This document shows positions 49,701 to 61,700 of a stretch of 64,000 nt of DNA, in pieces. The stretch is from Perna viridis. Its lineage: Eukaryota. Both the position numbers and the translations under genes were made by a program. The first letter of the stretch is position 1. Each line of letters begins with the position of its first letter. The notes beneath the pieces were generated by a model that had not been told where the DNA came from, ran no database searches, and saw only the letters and a program-made list of their open reading frames with translations. The DNA lies in contig CM074511.1 of assembly GCA_037379345.1 (NCBI GenBank), positions 58,472,862 to 58,536,861 of the forward strand. The letters are read 5' to 3'.

Positions 49701-52700
49701 AGATGTTCCATTTGATGACGTTTGGAATGGACCATTAACTGCTAATGCCTTCTCTGAATGATTTACTGGACACCTGTATATAAGGTATTGTTTTTTTTTT
49801 AATTATATTGAGCTTAATTAGAGAAAAAACAAATTAGATGGACATTCATTTTAATCAATTTAATTTGTTCATTTATTTTTATCATGAGCTACACCAGCCG
49901 GACAGTGCGACCTCTAATACATGAACTGACTGGTATTCAGCCATTAACAAGGCGAAAAAAAGATGTTAGATTGCGTTTAATCGTAACTTCTCAGTATTTC
50001 TAGTTACACAAAGAAAAGCCTAGGAGGCAATAAACTTATAGGTAAACTGGTTGAAATCTTTACCATTACTTTTTCCTGGGTTACAATAGCGCAATTATGT
50101 CTCCTCGGTATTCAGCCCGATCTTTACCCCCAACATGCAGCCCAGTGGAAAATACAGAAACGTTCACGATTGGTGGATAATAAACAAAATATTTTCATGA
50201 AAAATTGTACGAACAGTAAGGAACCAAAAGTATCGAATTTGAAAGCTAGAAGCCCATATATGTGTATCTTATGGAACACTTAAGGCTTAGGGTGGCTACT
50301 GAAAAATTGATGTTTGAAAAAGTATCCCCCCTTTTTTAACCTTAATTTACGACCAGAAACGCCGCATGACATGGTGGTTTTTATTTCAAAATTTAAAAGC
50401 TATATGGGTGTATTTTAGTAACATTGCGATAGATTAGAGAAATTTCACCCGGATCTATTTTTAGATGTTAGTGGAAGGGAGGACCCCCCCCCATACCGAA
50501 ATTGCATTGTGAATAATTGCGCTCTTCTATCCTCTAGCTCCTCGCTTCGTGCAAAAAATCTTGACATAGTTATTGCTCTTTATTTCTAGCGATATCTAAC
50601 CAAATTTGGTGGATAGAACTACTCTGAGGCGCATATGACTACAATGCCGGCAATTTTTTTTAAGAAGAAATTCTCCCTTCTGCATCCAAGGTAATTTTTT
50701 TAGTGCAGTGGGAATGGCAGAGTAGTTCCGATTGAGATTGCATTTATATGAATTCTAAAAATGAAAATATACTTACCCATTTTCATCAATTATTGTTCTG
50801 TTAGTAGGTTGGGAGAATATACGCGTTGGAACAGCTATTAAATTTATCAATCGAGCTCCAATTATATCCAGATTTTCTATAAAAACAGAATCAAGTGTTT
50901 AGACAATTTAATTTACCGAATCGCTTTTTGTCTTTTCAAAAAGCGCAATAAGATCATTTGTCATACACTAAACGACCATTAGTCGGTGTTTGGGAATTAC
51001 AGCGAACATCGATCTATGTACATTATCTTTTACAATATACAAAATTAACGTCATTAATTTCTGCTCTTTCCCCATCTGATTAGTTTTTTTTTTTTTACAT
51101 TTCTTTCATACTAAAACCCATTGAGCTCATTCATTAAAAAATGTTTGTGTTGTAACTCGATACTTTCGCGGAATAACCCGAAACTTACGCGTAGTCATAC
51201 GAAACTTTTGCGAAATACCGTTATACTTTCATTATACTTACTAAACTATCAGTCAAATGTGCATAATTATAGCAAAACAATGCATGGCGAATAACGGTCC
51301 TGAAACTTTTATTTTTCTTATTTCAAAGGGGTTGCAATTACGCACAAATATCTTATTAGATATACTTATATAAGTGAAATTAATCGTTAGAGGACTAGCG
51401 TGAATGCTCGACCAATAACGGTATTACGCCATACATGACGTAAATTGTTTAAGCCGAATCTATTGCCAAACAATGCAAGCTTGGTTTCACGGCCCCAGGG
51501 GCGATCCAGGATTTAAGATTAGTGGGGTCACCTAGTTAAAATTTCACAATAAAAAAAATTGTTGAGGTTTAATTTTTTAAATATTCTTCTAGAGTGGGTG
51601 CAATTTAGATATCTTTTGTAGTAAAATTAGCGAGAAATTAAAGTTTCAACCTAAAAGCGGCTAAATCTACCCCTGACAACCCATGCTTTGCAATTTTTTT
51701 GGGAGGGGTGGGGCGCATGCCCGCCACGTCCCCGCCTGAATCCGCTCCTGGGCCCCCTTGGAAATTTGAAAATTTATGAAAATCATGTATTTTTGTGTGT
51801 ATATGCACGCATAGAATGGTGTTTAACAAAGATTTTTGTGCCCCCTGGGCCCCCTTAAGTGATTCTCTGGAAACCTCACTGATGGACTATCATATGTTGA
51901 GAATACACGCAATTCCTTCAATAGCGTTATATATCATTTTGTTAATCTTAAAGGACCTACAACAAGAACCCAGCAGGTCGGAAACAATAACTGAACTTTA
52001 AAATATAGAAATGATATTGTTGAGCAAGCTTTTTTGAATAACTTATACTTGTGAATTAAAACATCACCACTTGAATTGCAAAAGAAAAAAACATTGGTAA
52101 GCTATCTTTTTCCTGAAAAAAAATGCCAACAACAACAGAAATGACAAAGACATGTATTTGTTACGCAAGCTGATAGGTTGCCGGGTAACAGAATATTTAC
52201 CAGGCTAAGAAACATGAGCAGCTCCCAAAAAGCTGATTTATTTCGTATAAATGTAGTGCTATCCCCTTCTTGTAGTTGTTGACATTCTTTCAAAGATTGC
52301 ATCCACTATTTTATGGAAGGCAATTTGTATAATGAACATAGAAATTTCCTGCTGGCACGGTTTGGCGGTTTTAACTTACAAAATTCTGTTGGTTGGTGAC
52401 GAAAGTATTACATATGATGGAAACACAAATATTTTTGCTTGTATTCATCACTTTATCAAACGAACTAAAAATGTATATATAAAATGACTATATCTCTCAC
52501 CTTACCCCCGCCCTTTTTGCCATACCCCCTTTATTCCATTTCCTTGTTCTAGTTTCACTTTGTTCATGTTAATTTGCATTGCTTTTCCCTATTTTCTATT
52601 ATTGTTATTTTTAGTTGTATTTAATGGCCGTCATTATGCATTCTTTGTACTTTGAGAGGACCTCCATAATATTGAGTCCAACCCCCTTGCTTGTATTGTG

Positions 52701-55700
52701 AGCAAATAAATATGTTAAAACTAAAACAGAGTATTACTTGAGTCCAATCCCCTTGCTTGTATTGTGAGAAAATAAATATGTTAAAACTAAAACAATACAT
52801 ATATATATATATATACATATATATATAAGGGTCTGAAAAATTCCCAACGATGTTAGAACTGTTAAATTTGCGAAGCAAATTTTTGTCGTTCCCTCCACGG
52901 GACTCGAACTCGTACCGCTGTGGCATCTATGGCAACACCGCCTGCACTAAGTCCAGCGCCCTAGACCACTCGGCCAGCTAGGCTGTAAAAATATAGCTTT
53001 CGCTGGCCGGGTGATTCCTCCTCGTAGGATTAATCTAGGGCTCTAACTTAGTACATGATGTATGGTAGTTCAGGACAGTTCATCTAGGTGTTATTATGTA
53101 GGATAGAGGATCAAATTAATGATGCATGTCACAACAAATCAATATTATACAACGTCTCAGAATGTGACGACTCTATTCTCTACACTGCACCATCGGATCA
53201 AATTGATACAGAGAAGATAACGTAAACTTATAGAAGGGTCTGAAAAATTCCCAACGATGTTAGAACTGTCAAATTTGCGAAGCAAATTTCTGTCGTTCCG
53301 TCCGCGGGACTCGAACTAGCCTAGCTGGCCGAGTGGTCTAGGGCGCTGGACTTAGTGCAGGCGGTGTTGCCACAGATGTCACAGCGGTACGAGTTCGAGT
53401 CCCGCGGAGGGAACGACAACAATTTGCTTTGAAAAACTGTTACAAAGCCGGCCATGTCTTACATTATCCAATATATGAAAAAGCCCTCTGCTTAGAACTT
53501 ATTAAATTCTTTCAAATGTCATACTTTCAGAAAGAACAAATGATCATGATAAAAGTATACATTCCGCAATCTTTGAGTCTCACAATCTGAACAATACAGA
53601 ATATGTACACATTTTTGAATAATTTCAAAACTATACACATTTTTAAAACTATTTCCAAAATACAAACATGTCAAATATTAAATGTCAAATGGATTTTATC
53701 TACTGATATGGAAAACTACTTTAACATCTGAAAGTTAAAATAAAAACAAATTAGCTAATTTTCATTTCATGATCTAAATGGTTTCAGTCACAAAGATTTT
53801 CCAATGTGAAAAACGACAACAACAAAAAAAGTTTCAAGGACATAACTCTTATATTGGTTGTCAATTTTTTTTTCATTTTCTTATACATTTTGTAGGTCCG
53901 ACTCATAACTCTGGCCAACAATAACCTCTGCCTGAATATTGCTAAAGGCAACGGTTTTTGAGTTACATGTATTTGCAAAAAAACTGCCTTCAGACCAGTA
54001 TGTTCTATTTTTAGTAACGGCAGTCACGTTTTTAATCACGAATCATGAATTCCAACGGTCATTTTGTGCACAATATTCTAAAGAACAATCATGCAAAGTT
54101 TACATCCTGTCCGCCTAGTAGTTTCAAGAAAGAAGATTTTCGAACATTTGTCCACGACGACAACGACAACGACGGACGCCAAGTAATGGCACAAGCTCAC
54201 TTGGCTTTTTGCCAGGTAAACTTAAAAAATATAATTTTGGTCTCCATCAATTTTTACACAAGTCTTTTAATCATGAATGCTTGTTTTCATAATATTTATA
54301 AGATATTTCGCGTCATAACGCGTAAGTTTCACAATATATCGCGGATATATCGCGTCATTACTTATATCGCAAATAAGGGTAACAAAAAAAATTACCGAAC
54401 ACTTATCCGATTGATAATCAAGTCAAGTCCAAAATAAATCTGACAAAATAGACATTACACCACCGGAGCAGCTGGTACCCAACTGGTCCTGACTTGGTAC
54501 AGGCATTTTAAACGAAATAGTGGTTATATCAGAATTTACAGCGCGCTAAACCTCCCTGTTCCAATGCTGCATGAATATACCAGTGGCGATTATATAGCAT
54601 TTGCATGCTAAAGCGTCATAATCGGTAAATCAGCGGTCACATAAGCACAAAGAACATTAACGTAAACAATCATTACTTATTATTTTAGAAGAATCTTAGT
54701 ATTTTTCAACCAAGGACTGATACTAGTATCTAAATCAAAGATTGAAGACTTCAAAGTCGCTAATTGTCAAATATTCTTTGCCACTGATTTTGGCTTAGTT
54801 ACTTTCAACACTCGAAATGGCACAAATGCGATATGCTTTAAAATCGGGTGACTTCCTCTAGACTTTGGGTTACTTAAGGTTACATACCTCTAATTCAACC
54901 AATGAGCTTTTAGAACGAGTACGTAAACAAAAATAGTCCTACACAGGTTTTAGTGCACTTGTATTATGTTGCTGTGGAAAAAGTACACATCAAATCTGCA
55001 CTAGTGAGTTTGTGTTTGGCAGGGAATTATATTTTCTTTATTTCTACATAAAATGGTCGTTGTAACTTACTGAATTAAATATTTTTATGAGTTCTGCATG
55101 AAGACCCCTTTTTGTGACAGGTAGGGGAATTCCCATTCTATTTTTAGCTCATTATCTTCTAGAAGCAGTTGTCGCACTGCACGGTAGAAAACCCCACGTA
55201 ATATGTTCAGGGCTATTAGTGTACACATGCAGCTTTCAGGTGATGTATAGTCTTCTTCAGGTTAAACTTAACGTAGAAGCTCAATAACTCATTGAACTTA
55301 GTGAAATTAGCATTGGAGCCTATGGGAAGTGACATAAGCGGTTTGTAGCCTTAACATGATAACTCTTTCGTAGCCGTGATGACCCGAATGTTTTTAATCA
55401 AAACAACTGCAACTGGTTACTAGAAACCAGATTAACAAAGTGGCCATGGTATATATAGATATCGGGGCCCTGATAATGTATATGAACTATATAGCAACGA
55501 CCCCTGTGTATGAATCAGAAATTGGGTATATAATGTTCAATGCTAACCGATTTTTTCATCTTCTAAAGTAAACATCCCAGTCTCATGCAAGTAACACATG
55601 TGTATGATATTTAAGAGGTACATCAAATGATTTCGTATGAATCTTGAACTACTAAGCTATGACGGTAAACACGGCACCGATCAGCAGATTAATGTGGAGT

Positions 55701-58700
55701 AGTGCAAATCATATGCGAATGTAAGTACTCAAATTACGAGTGCAGGAAGTCGCTATCACTATTAACAATTTGGTAAGAGACCTTTTGAGACGCATTTCCT
55801 CATACCCCTGATTCAGGAGTCTGTTACGCAAATATATATGGCGTTCAAGGCTATCAGAGTAGTCAGTACTTGCTCTAGCGTATCGAATCTTTGGTGAAAT
55901 ATAAACTATATGCAGGAGATGAAGAAATATTGCTGCACGGGTAAGGGAAAATTATGATATTGAAGTTAAAGTCGTCTCTTTTATCAGAAATCTTAGTGCT
56001 TGAGATGACAAGTATTGCCTTATTACGCGTAAGTTTCGCCTTATTTCGCAAAGTACCGCCTTATTACACTTAAGTTTCGCGTTATTTCGGGGAAAGTTTC
56101 GCGTTATTTCTTATTTCACAAATCGCCTTATTATACTTAAGTTTGGGGTTATTTCGCGAAAACTTCGCGTTTATAACCCGATTTTTTAGTCTACGAAAAT
56201 GGGGTTAATGGGCTTTCGTTCCTTTAACTCATACTTACAATCTAAACTACTCGGTCCACATCGCATTGACCAACGTTGTTGATGTATTGCAGTGATGCTA
56301 TTTAAGTGTTTAGCTGAAGTTTGTTTTATAGTCAAATCTTTTGCCAATTTTTCATTATTAAAAGAAAGTAAATATTAACTCACTGCATTTAGCTTTCAAA
56401 GTCTTAAATTCGAAAAACAAAAGACGCACTAGTATCGTACAGAAAAAAGAAACCATTTCAACACGTTAATATGAGAGAAGTATTAAATGGACGATTCATA
56501 GTAGAAGAAAGGAAAAAGGGATAAAATGATACAAATACTGTTGTTGAAAAGAATAACCAAGGTTATAGCGGTAATCAAACGAATGTAATCCAGGGACAAA
56601 GACCAGACATGGAAAACAGACATACACAACAAAGAACATAAAGTAACTAAAATCATACATACAGAGTAACAAAAGTAAATGAGCAACTCGGACTCCACTA
56701 AAAACTGGGAGCATGGACCAGGTGCACCGGTAGGGTAAGCGTCCTCCGCTTTTTCTAGAAACACCCACCGAGTTGCTCATAAAAAGTCAAGTCCGGGGTA
56801 GACAAACGAGGAAAGGAAAACTATGACCCGTTGAATAAATCAGTTTTCATGGTGCTGATGGATACACCATAACGATGCACGATAACACAATAACTCTTAA
56901 TTTAGTTCGAAAATCTAGTTTTAATAGACCCATTCGAATTAACGCAGGAGTAGTCATGCCCTATGAATACTTCCACGATCGAGGAAGATTCTTTTGTTCT
57001 ACCCCAAGCCCTAATGCCTGGAAGTATATAGTCAACGTGGTATTGTTTCTCGTCTAGTACATTTAAACATGTTTATGTTGAACACTTTCCAAACTTTCTT
57101 TAAATGTAATTATAGAACAAACAGTTACGTCAGTTCAGTGCATGCAATATCGACCTTGGCCATTATGTGAATAGAACACTTAAAAGAGATATCGACTTCG
57201 GCCATCACGTGAATAGAACACTTAAAAAAGATATTGACCGATGCCTAGTTGTATAAAATGATATTTGGTCTCTAACATGGCTAAAAGTAGATATGGAATA
57301 TTTTACTATTACTTGATTTGATACCATCTTACCCTTATTATTTGAAAATTCAAGGACGAATTTTACTCTGACTTTCTCGCCAACTCTTGTAAATTTCAAC
57401 TTGTCTAAATCTGATGCACTGACAATGTAAGCATAGATGTATGGATTTGACCCAGGCAAGGTAACGCTGGTGATGCTTCTGAAAGTACAGATATCATGGA
57501 TATTCTATCTATTATTACATTAGTACTATTTCCGGGAAGCACTTCCAACTTTAAAGACACTTTTTTAAAAGTTGCACAACATAAGCAAGCTCTGAAAGGC
57601 CCACACAACATAAGTGTTATAAAATTCATTGTAACAGAACGATGGCACTCCTTCAAAATAAACTCAAAATTCTCCTGACTGTGGACAGGCGCATGTCTCT
57701 GTGGGGTTAAACTAATAAGGTATTAACCACCCCCTTTTATGTAAGGGCAAAATATTAATCTGAAACAACAAATAAACACACCATAAAATTCACTCAGTAA
57801 TATATTCAATTCTCCACCATGGATTACATCAACATACAACATGTAGACAAATTGTGATGTCCAAATAAAGAACGCTCGCTGAAAGCTAGATCTGCAAATA
57901 CCATCAAAATTACCAGCATTAGAAATAATCGGTCACTACATATCCAGTGGAATGGATTTGGAATAGTAACGTCAAGAACTAAATATATAAGTTTTGATGC
58001 AGTGCACTAAAAAACGGACTTAGTTTTTACGCAGGATCGAATATCTGTATTAGTGAAAACAAGGTCCAATGAATATACAATGGTTTGAAAATCGTATTCT
58101 TTTACTATGTTTGAAAGAATGTACTTCCATAATATTTTTTTTATTTTAAAATGGTAAATAAGGTAAACAACACAATTTTTAACTCTTCTGTCAGGAATCT
58201 ATTGCGTTCATTAAAATATGACACTTTATTACAAATACGAGCAAATTGGACCAGTGGTGAAAAGTAAATACCGTAGGAGGATATTTCGGGAATATCACCA
58301 ACTAGGAATGGAAAATTAATAATATGGAAATCAAAATCGTCTCTTTTCTCATAAATTCTTTTTTGTATGAAGGCTGGTATTTTCTAGTGTTATATCTTAA
58401 TCAAGGGAAGAAGACCAAGCACAATTTATGTTAGACTGACATACTCTTTTTGCCTCTGACGAAGGCCGAAAATTCGGGACTCATTGCTATATTTTAATGC
58501 GGTTCATTTGTATTTACGGGTAGTTCCCTTTTACCTTTTAAATGTGGCTAAACCTGTAATTTTGTTATTATTTTTATTATAAATGAGCCACTTCACAACA
58601 TGAATTAATATCTTAATAAAAAGTCAGTTTGAGAAAATGTCTTTAACATTTTCAGGTTTGTTAGTCTCATGAATCTTAGAAAACAATCTATAGTAACAAT

Positions 58701-61700
58701 AAGAAATGGTTGTAGGTGCTACTTCATATCGAGGGATAGAATGTAAAATAACATTACATTCATTCAACAATGCATGATTTAAAGCTGGAATAGAAGAAAG
58801 CTTACGTAGAATATGTCGCCCGTTATTTTAAATATAGCAAAAAGGTCATGAAGAGAAACTGATTGACGGTGAAATTTTGTTGCGATAAATGCGTTTGCTA
58901 TGAATTCATTTGTTCCTAGTATTTTTGGTAACAAGTTCCATAACATTTATTACAGAAGATCTCGACTTGTTCCTGTGTCTATGATATTATCATTTAGTAC
59001 CTGGGCTGAGATACCCCCCTTCGATGTGCACTCCAGACTCATCAACCACAATAAGATTTTCAGAGACCCTTATACCTCTCATTTACGAATCTTTTTGTCG
59101 CCAAAAAATAAACTGAAGCATTTTTGTATTTTTTGGCTACTTTTTATGCCTCATTGAGGCAAAAATCCATTTTTTACGTTTTTTGATTCTTTCTATAGAG
59201 CCAAGGCAATGCACAATTATAGGTATTTCAGATAATTTAGGCAAAATAATGGTACCCTTACCCACTAAAATTTGCCCCAATATGAAAGAAATTGATCATT
59301 CATAGTATACACGAACTGTACACAATGTCCATCTGGCATTTATTATGGAGATCTTCTTGTGTCAATCATATTGTAAAGCAAATTAATGTGCTTTAATAGT
59401 TTAATAGACAAATTATTAAAAAAGGGAAATTTGAGAAATTTAAAACACATTATCGCGCATTTTAGCACATAAATTGTATATTTTTGTTTAAAATATCACA
59501 GTTTTAACATGATTTTGTTTGCTATCATTATTTTTATACATATAAGATTTCAAAGAAGCAACTACGATGAATGATTGGCATACATGTATCCAACACCATT
59601 TAAAAATGCAAATCTACCACATTCGAATTGTGGGTTTTTAGTGGGTATGAGGTACTTTCGTCAAAATGGCCTGGAATACATTAAAGGATATATTGCCTTG
59701 GCTCATTAGAAAGCTAAGATGAAACATAGATGTGTTTGAATATGCAAAAGCTTGTTTGAAGTAGGATACTTGAAAAAAAGTGACAACTACCAGTGAAATG
59801 GAAGAAAATATAAAATTCCGAAAATTCCCTTTTTTATGAAAAACTCATTATTGTCATATTGAAACTAAAAAATACGCGCCGCCTAAAATGAGCAAGTATG
59901 TTGAATACATCAATAATTAAAACATTAGTACCCAACTTGTTCTTTTACATCGACTATATGCAAAAATTAAAATTTAGGTTCATGCTGAGGTACTATTTTC
60001 ATGGGTAGGGGCGTCAATTTTTTGCCTAACTTGACTTGGAAAAGTTCAAATATTTATAACTCGGGCTCATTAGAAAGCTACGACACTATATAATTGTATT
60101 TGAATGAATATACAAAAGCTTGTTTAAAGTATGGTATTTTAAAAAAATGCCAATAACAGGTGAAATGGAAGAAAATATGAAATTCCGAGAATTACCCTTT
60201 TTTATGAAAAACTCATTATTGTCATGTTGGTGCTGAAAAAAAATACGCGCCTGAAAGGAGCAGGTATATTGAATACATCGATAATTAAACAACTAATATC
60301 CAACATGTTTTTATATCGATTATATGCTCAAAATTAACATTTGAGTTCATGTTGAGGAACCTTTTTCATGGGTAGGGGATGGCAATTTCCCCCCTAACTT
60401 GACTTGGAAAAGTTCAAATATTTATTCCTCTGGCTCAATTTGAAGCTAAAGAGTAATCAAGGAAATCAAGGTTATAGCGGCAATCAAAAGAATGCAATCA
60501 AGGGACAAATACCAGACATGGAAAACAGACATACACAACAAATAACATAGAGTAATTAAAATCATACATACAAAGTAACAAAAGCAAATGAGCAACTCGG
60601 ACTCCACTAAAAACTGGGAGTATGGACCAGGTGCACCGGTAGGGTAAGCGTCCTCTGCTTTCCTAGAAATACCCACCGAGTTCCTCATAAAAGTCAAGTC
60701 CGGGGTAGACAAACGAGGAAAGGAAAACTATGACCCGTTTAATAAATCATTTTTCATGGTGCATATAGATACACCATAACGATCCACGAGTTCATAATGA
60801 CGACCATAAAACTTCTGTAGTGATGACTTCAATCTTGTAGCAACATAACCCTGTTCCAGAAGCCTATTTGTTATAGTTCTAGCGCCATTCGGCAAGCTCT
60901 GGCATAATGTATGAGTTGTGATATGAACACTACATACGCAGGTGCTGAAGGGATGTTGCCACAGATGAAAGGAAAGTTGACAATTCTGAATGAAAAGTCA
61001 TCACGTTTGTCGTAAAGTTTGGTCAATAGTTTTCCTTTACTGCAGTGTCTGTAGTATCCTTTATCTGGAGTTCTTTGGGGTAGATGTAATGTATCAAATC
61101 CCCTTAATTAGGATTATTTTAAGATAATACATCATCTATATAGCGGAAACTGAGATTAAAGGATCAAGCCAAACGATATTCTTTCTTTAAGACACTATAT
61201 ACTTGTACATATGTATATGTAAACCGTATCACACAAAAGCTTGTTTAAACTACGGTATTCTGACATTAACGGGCGAGATAGAAGAAATTCTGAAATTCTG
61301 AAAATGCCCATTTTTCGATTTTACAGTAATTGTCACCCCAAAAGGAAAATCTAAGCGCCTGAATTGGTCAAATATGTTGGGTACATCACTATCTTAATTA
61401 CGAATGCTCAACATATGAGGTTTAATGTGTCAGTATGCTGTGAATGAGAATTCTGTCTGATACTGAAATTAGTTTTCTAGGGGTTGGGGTAATATTTTTA
61501 ATATTTTTTGAAAATTCTTTCTTAAAAATTAGTTTTTCGTGGATTATTTATGTAGAAAATTGAATTATCTATCGAATTACACCAAATCTGAGACGTTTTA
61601 GTTGAGTAGTAACTTGAAGAATTGAATTTATTGGACTTTTTAATGGAAAAATCGAAAATCCCATTTTTCGCATTTCTTGATAAATTCTCACCACGGAAAT

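Noticed and set aside
53205-53218. GATACAGAGAAGAT match to the U6 snRNA ACAGAGA region
   Set aside because: Only 14 nt match; the flanks show no U6 5' stem or downstream AGCATGGCCCCTG similarity
53318-53412. Functional tRNA-Leu gene
   Set aside because: A/B boxes and the D-arm are present, but the acceptor and anticodon stems cannot pair, and the sequence is part of a repeated element
57405-57759. Longer upstream extension of the ZP exon (ORF 57405-57656)
   Set aside because: Not ZP-like; the acceptor at 57478 gives the correct phase and ZP-C motifs
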